Assembly (NCBI RefSeq): GCF_006345805.1
Contig: NC_043000.1
Span: forward strand, 160,704,001 to 160,768,000
DNA length: 64,000 bases
Origin: Octopus sinensis
Taxonomy: Eukaryota
Direction: 5' to 3'
The notes below the pieces were generated by a model, which worked only from the letters and a program-made list of their open reading frames with translations, had not been told where the DNA came from and made no database searches. The position numbers were made by a program, and so were the translations under genes. Positions 1 through 13,139 of this stretch are shown here, piece by piece; positions within the stretch are counted from its first letter, which is position 1; every line of letters starts with the position of its first letter.

Positions 1-42
1 GAGAGAGAGAGAGAGAGATAAATAGATAGATAGATAGATAGG

Positions 43-102
<60 letters not shown>

Positions 103-155
103 GAGATAGAGAGATAGATAGATATATATATAGATAGATAGATATATAGATATGG
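1..155. repeat. (GA)n/(GATA)n microsatellite
   Basis: Direct tandem GA then GATA repeats. Confidence 0.95.
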
Positions 156-519
156 ATATAAAGGAGTGGATTTTAAGTTCTCTTTGTCATTTACAAACTA
201 GTGGTTAAGAAGGAGAAAGACTATCTCCCGACCTGAGACCTAGACAATAGACTTGCTACCACGAGGAATTGGTTAAAGGTCCAGAAAGACCAGAATGAGG
301 TTTTAGTTCGGCGTATTAAGTTTCTCGCTCAACAGAATTCGGAAAGAGAACGCGATGAAATTGAAAGACTATCGCCCTTACGTCTACCTATGCTCTCCTT
401 TAAAATGTCCACCAAGTATTCTTCATTTGTTGACCCTAGAACGAAGACATCCAAAGCTAACTTTAATGTGATTTGAACTCAGACGAGCTAACGATTTGTC
501 GATTCGACACCAGTACACA

Positions 520-745
520 CGTACATAATTATGTCGGTTTCAAATTTTGTCACAAAGCAGACAAATTGAAGAGTGGAGTAAATCGAATATATCGATCTTG
601 AAACTCAACTGGTAGATATTTTATCGGCCCTAAGATGATAAAAGACAAAGTCGATCGTGGCAGGATTTGAACTCAGAACGTAAAGATGGACGAAGTGTCT
701 CTAAACATTTTATTCGACATAGTAACGCTTCGTCTAACTCACTGC
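520..745 (-). mobile_element. Old, diverged SINE of the family-B group (tRNA-derived head)
   Basis: gatttgaactcagaacgta (reverse B-box region) and aaagtcgatc core resemble the younger family-B copies at 9341 and 32484. Confidence 0.65.
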
Positions 746-964
746 CTTTGTACATGTTTATATTCACACTTAGCTATATAGATACGTACAAGTTTATATG
801 CATACATACATATATGCATATATGCATATATGTATGTTTGCATGTATTTACTTGTGTATATGTACACCAGCGTATGTATGCATGTATATAGCATGCACAT
901 ATTCTGTATCTTTGTCATGGTTCTATAGAAAATACGTTTGTATCTATGCATAAAAGCGTAGGTG

Positions 965-1066
<102 letters not shown>

Positions 1067-1805
1067 TGTGGTATGCATATTTCCAGCCATAACTATTCAT
1101 CTAACACTCACTTGTGTGTGCGTGTATGTGTGTATGAGTGTGTGTACGAACGTGCGAATCGCCAAAATATTAATACATGTATTCCAAAACTTGTACACAT
1201 GTATGTATACGCAGCATGTAATGTAACTTAATAACTGTCAATATGGTATATCTTTTCATCAAATACCATATAAATATTAATCCCAATTTTATGTATTTTC
1301 TAAAGTTAAATTTTAATACATATATAATTACTATTAATTCCTGGGAATCTGTATTGAAATGAGATTTATGAGAAAATATCTTCAAGGCAATTCTGTCAGT
1401 GCTGCTGGCCATATATTGTAGCGTGTACTTCACGTTAGAATATTGTAGAACCATTTCAAATGGTTCTTTATTTAAGGCTTTACTGAATAGAAACGCTTAG
1501 ATTTCATTGTTTTAGATTACTTGCCTTGCACCATAATATATCTATGAAGATACGTGGCTCCCCTTTGGGTATCTATATACTCATATACACGCACAAACAG
1601 ACACGCGCGCACGAGCCTTCACGAGCACACACACATAGACACACATACACACACATACACACATAAGCAGAAAGAAGTTATGTTCTCTTGAAGCACATCT
1701 GCACGTTTCGGTAATAGATGCTATATTTTACATAAGCTTCATACTATAGGAAAGTTTCGGCAGAATTATAGTAATGCATTCATAAAAGATTACACTCATA
1801 TATAT

Positions 1806-1851
<46 letters not shown>

Positions 1852-2355
1852 TAAATACAGTATACATTTAAACATATAAAAGAAATCCCTCATAGGACTC
1901 CTGCACGCTAGAAGGACAGTTAAATTACATACGACTATTAGGATAAAATTTCGAAAGGAATGAAAAATAAAAAACATTTACCATCGAACTCCTGGTTTCA
2001 GACATTTTTTTTAGCAAATAAAATAATTTGCTGGGCGAAGTCTTCTAATAAATTTTTAATATTTCTGCATACTCTTTGATATTATTAATTATTGATCATT
2101 TTTTTCTCTGGATAAGTTTTGAATTGAAAAGCCGGCATATTTATTTACTGCCGACAAGGAGCTGCGCTTGTGCGGTAGATTAAAAAAATTAGAATGTAAA
2201 AGCACGGGACATATGCTGGATTGCCTCGTGTATATATATTTAATCTAAGGTGTACCTTCTGAAGAAGACTTCACAACAATTAAAGACGAAGACTTCGCCT
2301 GGTAATGGCAATTCTAATATTTCTGATTACCCTTTGATATTATTATAATATATAT

Positions 2356-2407
<52 letters not shown>

Positions 2408-2488
2408 ATTATTATATATTATTAGTCCCGGGTTGAGTCGGGGTTAACCACAGTAAAATAGTACTCAATACATAGCAGAGTAAATTAA

Positions 2489-2617
2489 TTTATTTATTTT
2501 ATAGAAGGAGCTTCTACAGGACTAGAACTGTTTCATTCAAAAGAAATCATCAGGATGATTTCTTTTGAATGAAACTTCTAGTCCTGTAGAAGCTCCTTCT
2601 ATAAAATAATAAATAAA
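2489..2617. repeat. Near-perfect ~130-bp foldback hairpin with a hammerhead-like core at its apex
   Basis: atagaaggagcttctacaggactagaa..gtttcattcaaaagaaatcatc is followed by its reverse complement. The minus strand reads CTGATGA-tttcttttgaat-GAAA-cagttcta-GTC. Confidence 0.85.
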
Positions 2618-2651
2618 TATATATAATATAATATATATATATATATATATA

Positions 2652-3071
2652 TATGGCTGTGTGGTAAGTAGCTTGCTAACCACCACCACATTGTTCTGGT
2701 TCAGTCCCACTGCGTGGCATCTTGGGCAAGTGTCTTCTGCTATAGCCCCGGGCCGACCAATGCCTTGTGAGTGGATTTGGTAGACGGAAACTGAAAGAAG
2801 CCTGTCGTATATAATATATATATAAATGTATGTGTGTGAGTGTGTCTGTGTTTGTGTGTCTGTGTTTGTCCCCCTAGCATTGCTGACAAACCGATGCTGT
2901 GTGTGTTTTACTACGTCCCCGTCACTTAGCGGTTTGGCAAAAGAGACCGATATAATAAGTACTGGGCTTACAAAGAAAGTCTCGGGGTCGATTTGCTCGA
3001 CTAAAGGCGGTGCTCCAGCATGGCCGCAGTCAAATGACTGAAACAAGTAAAAGAGTAAAGAGTAAAAGAGT
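2652..3071 (+). mobile_element. SINE family A (tRNA-derived, CORE-like, internal microsatellite, AAAGAGT tail)
   Basis: Head TGGCTGTGTGGTAAG..GGTTCAGTCCC; gtggcatcttgggcaagtg resembles the MIR/CORE motif GTGACCTTGGGCAAGT; at least 8 homologous copies in the window. Confidence 0.9.
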
Positions 3072-3898
3072 ATATATATAATATGATATAATATGATATA
3101 AATGCCGTTCTTTCCCTCTGTGTGTGTAAAAAAATTATAACGGTTGTATTTTTCAACTGATTTTCTCAAAACTGGGAACATAAATTGCATAAGTTCCAGA
3201 AATGTCTTTAGTCTTTAAAATTTTTTTTCACATAATGAGTAACGGGCCACTTGGGGGAAAAATACCCGTTCCTGGCTTACATGGATAAGAGAGGTGATCC
3301 TTTGCTAAGTAACTTTCAGAAATTGATAGTCTTCTTTAAATCCATTGGTCAAAAAATTATCACAATCTCATCTATTTTATAAAATAGAGATGTGTGTATA
3401 TTCGCTTTTAACGCGTATCTCTATCTCTCTATCTATATATCTCTCTCCGTTCCTATCTCTATATTTATCTATCTCTCTGCATCTGTCTGTCTATATCTTA
3501 TCTATCCATATCTTATTTGTCTCACTAGCTAGCTCTTTCTCTCTCCTCCACTCTCTATATCTCACTTTCTATTGTCTTTACTTTCAGTTTTTGGACTATT
3601 GTTTTCACTGTAAGTTTTCAATCACTATTTACAAACAACAACGACAATTTACTGACAGAAAGATGTTCACAGTTACTGATGAACGTAATTTCATACATAA
3701 TTTACTGACAGATGTAACTTCATAAATTAAATAAATAACAATAGATTAATAATGACAATCCACTACACCTGTTTCGAATGATTTTTAATTGTTTAATGGC
3801 GACATTACATCATAAGAAAATAAATTCGTCACATGAAATAAAATTCGAAAATTCGTTGCAAACAGCTGTATTGGACTGACACATTATCCATTTCTCTT

Positions 3899-4289
3899 TC
3901 TCTTTTCTCTTTTTACTTGTTTCAGTCATATGACTGCGGCCATGCTGGAGCACCGCCTTTAGTCGAGCAAATCGACCCCGGGACTTATTCTTTGTAAGCC
4001 CAGTACTTATTCTATCGGCTCTTTTGCCGAACCGCTAAGTGACGGGGACGTAAACACACCCAGCATCGGTTGTCAAGCAATGCTAGGGAACAAACACAGA
4101 CACAGAAACCATACACTTATATATATTATACTATATACGACAGCTGCTTTCAGTTTCGTCTACCAATCCACTCACAAGGCTTTGGTCGGCCCGAGGCTAT
4201 AGCAGAAGACACTTGCCCAAGATGCCACGCAGTGGGACTGAACCCAGAACCATGTGGTTGGTAGGCAATCTACTTACCACACAGCCACT

Positions 4290-4291
<2 letters not shown>
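3899..4291 (-). mobile_element. SINE family A, full length
   Basis: Reverse complement of the 2652-3071 copy along its whole length. Confidence 0.9.
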
Positions 4292-4339
<48 letters not shown>

Positions 4340-4615
4340 TAATTAATAAGGGTGGAGAATTAGATACTAATTTAATAGTATATCTATTCACACCAAGTGG
4401 CCTAGTGCTCTCCAGAAACCAGGATTATTATAATATTTTATAACATATTATATATTTTTACAAAATAAATATAAGAGAGAGTGGTCACTATATGGCTCAC
4501 TCTAGCACCCTTAATCCAAAGGTTTTCAACACCACGAAAATACATGTTTCCCATGAAATCAGTACGATTGTTAGCTCACACGGACAGGGCAATAAAAAAA
4601 CAAAAATACGATTAT

Positions 4616-4694
4616 TTTGGGACATGTGTTTCGCTATTAATGAATTAAATGTAATTTTACTTACAAAAAAATCCATTTGTAGCTCGTCAGCCAA
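4616..4694 (-). ncRNA. Type I hammerhead ribozyme (unit 1)
   Basis: ttgg CTGACGA gcta..(long loop)..tagc GAAA cacat GTC ccaa; stem I ttgg/ccaa, stem II gcta/tagc. Confidence 0.75.
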
Positions 4695-5139
4695 CTATCT
4701 GGATGAAATCCCTCAATCACAGCCAGATTTTACTATAACGATAAATACGCGTGTGGTTCAATTGATTACATCCGACGTTATAATTCAAATGCCCCAACTA
4801 ACAGCGCGCCAAACTTTCACGGAAAACAAATACAGATTTAGAAATAAATGCAGCATAATTATAATTATTAATAAGGGTGAGAGAATTAGATACTAATTTA
4901 ATAGTATATCTATTCAACACCAAGTGGCCTAGTGCCCGGAAACTGGATTATTATAATATTTATAACATATTATAATATTTTTACAAAATAAATATAAGAG
5001 AGTGGTCACTATATGGCTCACTCTAGCACCATTTAATCCAAAGGTTTCAACCACGAAAATACATGTTTTCCCATAAAGTCAGTACGATTGTTGCTCACAA
5101 CGGACAGGGCAAATAAAAAATAACAAAAATACAGATTAT

Positions 5140-5218
5140 TTTGGGACTTGTTTCGCTATTAATGAATTAAATGTAATTTTACTTACAAAAAAAAATCCAT
5201 TTGTACTCGTCAGCCAAA
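5140..5218 (-). ncRNA. Type I hammerhead ribozyme (unit 2, stems II/III shortened by indels)
   Basis: tttgg CTGACGA gta..tagc GAAA caa GTC ccaaa. Confidence 0.6.
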
Positions 5219-5313
5219 ACTATCTGGATAAATCCACTCAATCACACGCCCAGATTTTAACCATAACGATAAATACGCGTGTGGTTCAATTGATTACATC
5301 CGACACCAGATAG

Positions 5314-5394
5314 TTTGGCTGACGAGCTACAAATGTATTTTTTTTGTAAGTAAAATTACATTTAATTCATTAATAGCGAAACAATTGTCCCAAA
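5314..5394 (+). ncRNA. Type I hammerhead ribozyme (inverted arm), best-preserved copy
   Basis: TTTGG(5314-18) CTGACGA(5319-25) GCTA..TAGC(5374-77) GAAA(5378-81) CAATTG TC; predicted cut after C5389; CCAAA(5390-94) closes stem I; palindromic stem III ACAATTGT. Confidence 0.85.
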
Positions 5395-5596
5395 TAATCT
5401 GTATTTTTGTTATTTTTTATTTGCCCTGTCCGTGTGAGCTAACAATCGTACTGACTTTCATGGGAAACATGTATTTTCGTGGTTGAACCTTTTGATTAAC
5501 TGGTGCTAGAGTGAGCCATATAGTGACCACTCTCTTATATTTATTTTATATTATATATATATTATATATATATATAGAAATATACACACACATGCA

Positions 5597-5866
5597 CGTG
5601 ATCTGATCAATAAGAACTGAGACTGTTGCCATACAAACGAAGCTAAAGCACGCAGAGTAAACAGCTTTCTCTGTTATGGTCAATGCGACGATTGCACGCT
5701 ACACACCTTCCTTCGAAGCACTTCTGTAAACAGTGGAAGGGATCTAGAACATTAAAACTTCGTGCGCATGCTCAGCAGAGTTCAAGATCAATCTTTTCCG
5801 AGTGGCTTTACTCTGCTTACTTTAGCTTCGTTACTAAGGCAAATATCCTGATACCTATTGATCATG
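5597..5866. mobile_element. Mariner-derived MITE
   Basis: Degenerate TIRs (tgatcaataag / cctattgatca); the body matches the mariner 5' UTR at 33680-33885. Confidence 0.75.
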
Positions 5867-7171
5867 TGTATGTGTATGTATGAACAGTTTATTTTTATTG
5901 GAGCTTGCCTATTGTATAGAAACATTTTAAGCAAAAACAATACAAGTTTTAAGTTTCATAAGATTAATATTATAGGTCGAACATTAGTTCTATTAACTGG
6001 CATTTAATATTTCATGGTTGTGACCTCTTCTTTAGAATATCTAAATATAGAGGTTTTGATCTGTAGATTTTCCGAAGAAGAGTTCCTTACACTGAAATAC
6101 CATATCATAGTTCTATCCATCCAGCTTCTTTATGAATTCATATTACTATTCATCTAGCAGCTTTATGAATTTATTATCATTCGCATTATTATGACTGTCG
6201 AAAAATCTATGTGTGTTTGTCTGTATATGTGACTGCATGCATGTGGTGTTACATATGAAGCCAACACGAGCGGAATAAAGATTTATTATTGCCCAAACGT
6301 ATATCTCTCTTTGTAACTTGTCTACGTTGATATATTTGGGTACCACTTGGACAGCATACGTAGTTGTTTCTTTAAGTTGAAGTTTCAGCTTAAAATTTAA
6401 AAGATTTCAAATAGGTTTTTCTTCATTCTTTTTTCCTTTAATTTTGAGAATAAACATATGGGTAAGAAATAAAGCGGTTACTTTTCTATGAAAAATATTT
6501 CATCTTCTTTCTAAATGTAAGTGGTTATAGAAAGAAAACATCAAACAGTGCAATGAATAGAATATACAAAAGATAGACTTTGGGTAAGAGACTGAAAAGT
6601 TTACACTTTGTTTTCTATGGTTACCAGGCTGAATATGTTCATTTAAAAGGATCATATTCGTAGCACGGGAGAATAAAACAAATATAAACAATAACGGAAC
6701 AATAAATTCAATCGCAACAAACTAAAAACCTAGTTCTAAAATCTGTCTATGAGATGATCGCAGTAATTGTAATAGCAAGAATTGGCTACAAATATTCAAT
6801 AACTTTGATAACGATTGAAAATATTGATCTCACAAATGTTAGACATAATAATAGCTTTATAATACAACAGAACATATATATTCTAAAACGACATTCTGTG
6901 CCTCAATGGAGGAAAACCCCCAACATACACACACGGCCACACACGTTCCCATTCACACTCATACGCATATATACATACACACACATACACATATACATAC
7001 ACACACACTCATACGCATACGTACACAAGCAAACACGCGCACACACATCTTCGGACTCTCCGGTCCACAAAAGCCACTTTCTCTGTCTCTTTCTACTTCC
7101 GGTCATTTCAGTCATGAAGCCAAACACGTACTTCTGGTGCACATTTTCCACCTATATGTGCATATATATAT

Positions 7172-7221
<50 letters not shown>

Positions 7222-7647
7222 ATCTATATATCTATATTTATATGTAGTATGTATATACATACATACATACACACACTCACACACACAAACACACACATAT
7301 ATATGTGCACCTGAACCACTTGTTGATCGTCCCACGCGAGAGGAATTAATGCTAGAAGTGTTGAAAGAATTGTGATTAATAAAATATTCTTGTATATTCC
7401 ATCTTCTCTCTTTCATTTGCTATATATATGTGTGTGTGTGTGTATGTGTGTGTGTGTGTGTGTGTGTGTTTGGAATTGTTAAATAGAAGCGCTCCCACAT
7501 TAGAAAAAACTTACTCAAAAGGTTTACTAATACTATAGTAAACTATTTCATAGTATTCTTTTCAAAAATGATTTTCCGAAATAATAACCTTGACACTTCA
7601 AAATTGTATCAAGTATTTGTCATAGACTTTCAAATATGTACATATAC

Positions 7648-7735
7648 ACGACGGCCTTCTTCCAGTTTCCCTCTACCAAATGTCTATTAAGCTCACTCAC
7701 AAGGCTTGGTCGACCCAAGCCTATAGTAGAAGACA
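7648..7735 (-). mobile_element. SINE family A fragment
   Basis: cactcacaaggcttggtcgacccaagcctatagtagaagacag matches the family A body. Confidence 0.7.
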
Positions 7736-8028
7736 GTGTGTGCGTGTCTGTGTCTGTGTATATGAACAGATGTATTCACAATGTTTCATAAAGAGTTTTT
7801 ATTTGCTTTGTTGTAAAATATAAAACAGGGTTGATAAACGAAAGAGCCTTCATATGGCTAGAATGAGGATCGAAACGACTTCTTTGGTATTTTAATTAAT
7901 GACTCAGAAGGAATAGTTTTTCCCTGTTTGAAAGTCTGCTGAAAGAGGTGTGTGTCTGTATGTATACACAGACAAACACACACACGCACACATACATACG
8001 TGCATACATACATACATACATACATACA

Positions 8029-8059
<31 letters not shown>

Positions 8060-8206
8060 GTCTCATAGATATATTAAGAAAACAATGTAAAAGGAAGCGA
8101 TGACATATTTCATTTGAATATAATAAATTCCATAATTAAACAAACATTATAATGGTTTATTAACTGGTAATGTAGAACTTGTACGCAATGAAATAGTATA
8201 ATATAT

Positions 8207-8262
<56 letters not shown>

Positions 8263-8999
8263 AGATAGATAGATAGATATAGATATATATATAATTACAT
8301 TTCTACTGTCTGAAGAAATATCATGTCTATTTAATGTCTTCTCTAAAACAATGAAACAAAAATAATTAAAATAGTCATTAATTTTTTTTTGTTTTTGTCT
8401 TTTGTAATGTTATTTTGACTTTTTCCTGAGACGTTTTTATTCCATTGAAATCTATATATTTAATAAACATATTTACAGCGCGAAAGTATGGTATATGTGT
8501 ATGTGTATGTGAGAGAGAGTCTGTGTGTGAGAGAGAGTCTGTCTGTGAGTGAGTTTTCAAGTAATATAAAACAAGGTATACGTAATCCACCATTTCACCA
8601 AAGTATTGATTCCTTGGGAAAGACAAAAAATATTCTGCTCTGAGATACTTTAATCTTTAATAGTTAAGGAAATGGTAAGATATAAAGAGACAAAGCAAGG
8701 CAAAAGACAAAGACAGGCGCAGTGACAGGAAAGGTGTGGGAGAGAAGAGGGTGTGAATCTGATAGAAATATAGATATTGTTCTTGACGACAGAAATGTTT
8801 TAATTTAGATGTAATCTGATCAAATGACACTCTCTTATAGCTAAATCGTATAATATGTAAACAGATCCTTTGTTTATTTCGACTGGTGTAATATTTACCT
8901 TAAATAATTGAAAATAATTATGTAACACAATGTACAATGTAGGATTCAACAAAACAATTTTGTTGTAAAATAACTGTTGGAATCAAATGAAGAGGCTTT

Positions 9000-9046
<47 letters not shown>

Positions 9047-9340
9047 GAGAAGGATAGAGAGAGAGATGGAGGGAGAGACATATGAAGTGTGTGCAGACGC
9101 GTATAACCGTGTGCACCTCGTTTGGCGACTGAAGAATAACCATTTTGAGCAAGTTGTCTCGCATCCTGTTGAACACATTCTTGCTGCAATGTGATTTTGC
9201 ATATTGTCAAGGCGACCAAATACTTAACTCATGAACGAGAAACGCTAAGAATCCTTTGTATTCAAACATATTGCTATATGATGTCGTCGTAATCTGATGA
9301 AGGATTTGTTAGTTTTAAACATCTCATTCAATTATTTCTA

Positions 9341-9569
9341 TTTCTTTACTACCCACCAGGGACTAAACGCAGAGGGGACAAACAAGGACAGACAAACGGA
9401 TTAAGTCGATTACATCGATCCTAGTGCGTAACTGGTACTTAATTTATCGACCCCGAAAGGATGGAAGGCAAAGTTGACCTCGGCGGAATTTGAACTTAGT
9501 ACATAATGGCAGACGAAATACGGCTACGCATTTCGCCCGGCGTGCTAACGTTTCTGCCAGCTCGCCGCC
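9341..9569 (-). mobile_element. SINE family B, full length (~230 bp)
   Basis: Head GGCGGCGAGCTGGCAGAAACGTTAG, B-box-like GTTCAAATTCC, tail tttagtccctggtgggtagtaaagaaa; multiple near-identical copies. Confidence 0.9.
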
Positions 9570-10197
9570 CGGCGGAGAAATAGCTTGCTTGCTAATGCAG
9601 ATGTGTCCTCACCCACCTGACGCTACTGAAAATAAAAAGCCAACGTTAACTTATTCAGAAAAAGGGCTAGTTTTAAAAAGGTTAGATACTAATTGTTTTT
9701 CTTTCAACCATTGATTTGACTTTGCAGTTAAATATTTCAGGCAAACAAAAATCAAATAACTAATAATAAAGAGTAAGTGAAAGCGAACAATGGGCAGTTA
9801 AGTAGTACTGCCGTGGAATCATGGGAGAGAAGTTCAGAGCAACTATATTCTTTGTTATACAATCATGTCATCTGCTTTGTGTGTCTTGATATTTTTGAAA
9901 AGAATAAAGAACTTTAACACACGAACGAATTTGATTATATTATCACGGTATTTTTCTGCTAAGCACAATTACTCTGCATAAGCTGTAATAAATCTAAATA
10001 GAAGATCCTTATTTTCTTGTCAGAAAAAAAGTGTCTAGACATCAACCCATATGAAGTACATCCTGTTTCCCGCTGAGTTTAGCATTCTAAAAATATGTAT
10101 CAGTAATGTATAAAATATAAATATGTGTGTGTATGCATATGTATGCTTATAAGTGTGTGTGTATGTGTACGTGTATTTGTGTGCGTGTGTCTGTGTA

Positions 10198-12768
10198 TGT
10201 TGTACAGTGAGACTGTATACCCCTCCCAGTAAAATGTGGTAGGGACCACCCATTTTAAATAGACCAGTAGCCGGTTGTCAAGCGAGGTTTGAGAGCGGAG
10301 AGTTGAGAGTCGACAGTTCTAGTCGGTGTCTTGTGGAGCTATTAGTGATAGTAAGACAGAATTTAGTGTGTTACTATTCCGGTACGAAGAGATGACTAGT
10401 AACTACTGTGGCTACTAGTGTAAAACTACAACTACAATGCAACGGCAGTCATACACATCACACCAGTGAGAGGAATCCACTTTACAACTTTGGCGACGAG
10501 GAAAAATAAATTTAAGCAGATTGAAAAAAGAAATAAACATTCACACTGAGAATTTAAATTGATTCAAGTGAGAAATTAAATATCTGGACAAAATGTAACA
10601 AAATTCTCGTTGTGCAAACTTACGAAAATCGTAATATACGGAAGACTTGATAGTTGGGGTGGTTGAGTTGCAAAAGCAGTAACAACTACAACTCAGGTAA
10701 CAACGAGAACAGCAACAATGATTGCTGCAGCAAATGTTAAAACTATTGAAGTTGATAACTAAACCGGAGAATACATTTTCGCTTGTTCATGGAGCAAGTT
10801 CCATAAACGAATTCAAATATTACCCCGAAGAAGGAGTAACCTTCGAGGCTTACTTTCGAAGATTTGAACAAAATTTTGAAAAAGAATGTCTGCAATGGAG
10901 TGACGAAATGAAAACACGTCGAGGTTTAAGAAACCTAGCGACAGCAGAGCATGAGAAGTATAGTAACTTCATATTGTCAAACAAAATAAGGTGGGGGATC
11001 GACATAAATTTTACCAGCACATTTGAAGTTTTGAGCAAAGTGTCTTGTGAAAACAGCTGGCTATTTAATACTAGTGGGAATGTTTAAAGACAGAAAAGAG
11101 CGAAGATGAAAACTGCACTACTTACACAGGCAGAGTCAACAAAAAATGTGAGAGATTTAAGCTGGATATGCTTACTCCAGATACTTCAAGTGTTAGGTTT
11201 TACATAAGGATTGACAGATAAAAGAGATGCAGAAATACGAACGAAAATTCTAGCAAAACCGGAAATGACCGAAGATTTATCATTGTAGAAAGTGTCGGAA
11301 GAGTTTGACATGATATTAAACTTAAGACATGACACGGAAGAAATTCAACGCAAAGGGTGTTTTCACATAAGACCACTGCATAAGACCACGCTCAGACATT
11401 ATATCACAGACATTACAGAAGAGAAAGCTAAAAGAGTTTCATGTGAGACACCCAGGCATCTCCAGAATGAAAGCACTGATGCGAAGTTTCGGAGACTGCT
11501 CAAGCATGGTCAAGGAAGTTGAAAACCTGATAAAAGGCTGCAGAGGATGTGCGTAGGCAGCGAAACTATCTACTACAAAATGTGAATCTTGGCCGGAAGT
11601 GAAAATACAATGATCCCGATTGCATATCAATTTTGCAGGCCCAGTAAATGGATATTGTTACTTAATAGGAGCGAACAGCTACAGAAAATGGCCTGAGGCC
11701 GCGAGGTGTATATACGGCTAGAAACTTCTTACACTAGCTGTTCGCAAGATATGGTGTACCGCATATCATTGTCTATGATAACGGAACACAGTTTATATTC
11801 TATGAGTTTAAAAGATTCGGCGTGATTTTCACGTTAAAACACAAAACTACAGCACTGTATCACCCTAGATCGAATGGGAGGGCCGAAAGGTTCGTGGACA
11901 ATTTTAAGAGAGTTTTAAAGAAAGCTAATAAGGAAGATACGGAAGAGGTCGCGATCCAACAATTCTTAAAGGTATACAGGGTAGGTCCGAACTCAAATGT
12001 GCCAGAAGGAAGTTCGCCAGCAGAATTAATGTTTGCCAGAATGGTGAAGTCAGTATTCGATAAACTATTACCAGTGAAGATAAAAATCCGTTCTAGTAAA
12101 GACATGCCAAAATTCTTTAGAATCAGTGATAAGGTACATGTAAGAATGTACAAAAATGGTAAGCAATACTGGGAAGAAAGAGAAATTGTAATATAAAAAG
12201 GAAGAATGATGCATGGTGTGAGAAGCAGAAATGGAATGGAAAGGAGGCATAGAAAAGGAACCAACAAGGGTAGAAATACCGATAGATTGACTACATAATA
12301 CTTTTCAGGTTCCAACACTTTTCAGGTTTGACAAGAAGTCGAAACCACACGTACAAGGAAAAGGAAGAACACTGAATTTCTAAAAGTAGACCCTACGAAG
12401 AAAAGATATTAAGCATATAAAAAAGGAGGAGGCGGGGGGAATAAAAGAAATTGATTTTTAAAATAATTAAAAGGGGAGATGTTGCTTAGTGAAACTGTAC
12501 CCCTCTTGGTAAAAAGTGGGAGGACCAGCCATTATAAATAGCCCAGTAGCTGGTCATCAAGAGAGGGTCGAGAGTCGAAGAGGTGAGAGTCGACAGTCCT
12601 AGTCGGTGTCGACTGGAGCTATCAGCGATAGTAAGACAGAATAAGTTAGTGTATTACTGATATGGTATAAAGAGATACAACAGTATCGGACGACTAGTAA
12701 CTATTGGGACTACAAGCGTAAAACAGCAACTACAGTACAATGGCAGTCACACAACCCACTTTACAACA
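10198..12768 (+). mobile_element. Internally deleted Ty3/Gypsy LTR retrotransposon (gag plus integrase remnants; no PR, RT or RNase H seen)
   Basis: LTRs ~10198-10489 and 12480-12768 (tgttg...caaca); PBS tggcgacgag 10491-10500; PPT aaaaggggaga before 12480; gag-like YYPEEGVTFEAYFRRFE; integrase HVRHPGISRMKALMRSF and YHPRSNGRAERFVDNFKR. Confidence 0.9.
10780..12200 (+). pseudogene. Disrupted gag-integrase coding remnants of the Gypsy element
   Basis: ORFs 10722-11087, 11292-11522 and 11822-12196 with stops and frameshifts; gag joins the integrase zinc finger at ~11380-11400. Confidence 0.8.
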
Positions 12769-12975
12769 ATATATGTGTGTGTGTGTGCGTGTGTATGTGC
12801 GTGAATTTATATTTATGTGTGTGTGTATATTATATATGTGTGTGTGGTGCGTGTATACACATACGTGCGTGTGTATATATATGTGTGCGTATATATATGT
12901 GTGCGTATATATATATGTGTAATATATATATATGCGTTTATATATATGTTTATATATATGAGTATATATACACAC

Positions 12976-13011
<36 letters not shown>

Positions 13012-13139
13012 TCACACACATATATATCTATTTACATACATGCATACACATTTACACAAACACACACACACACATAAGTACATATCATAGTTAATTTAAA
13101 ATACATATTGCTAGCTAATTGTCAAAATATTACATTTTC

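Larger units (their letters stand above)
4343..5550 (-). mobile_element. ORF-less hammerhead-ribozyme element: two ~525-bp tandem units plus a ~245-bp inverted arm (retrozyme/PLE-pLTR-like)
   Basis: Unit starts (ttaataagggt) at 4343 and 4868; 5306-5548 is the reverse complement of ~4985-5228; flanked by (TA)n; three HHR motifs. Confidence 0.85.

Noticed and set aside
6146-6346. 66-aa minus ORF in non-repetitive-looking DNA
   Set aside because: Surrounding frames are full of stops and no motif could be assigned; possibly a decayed transposon
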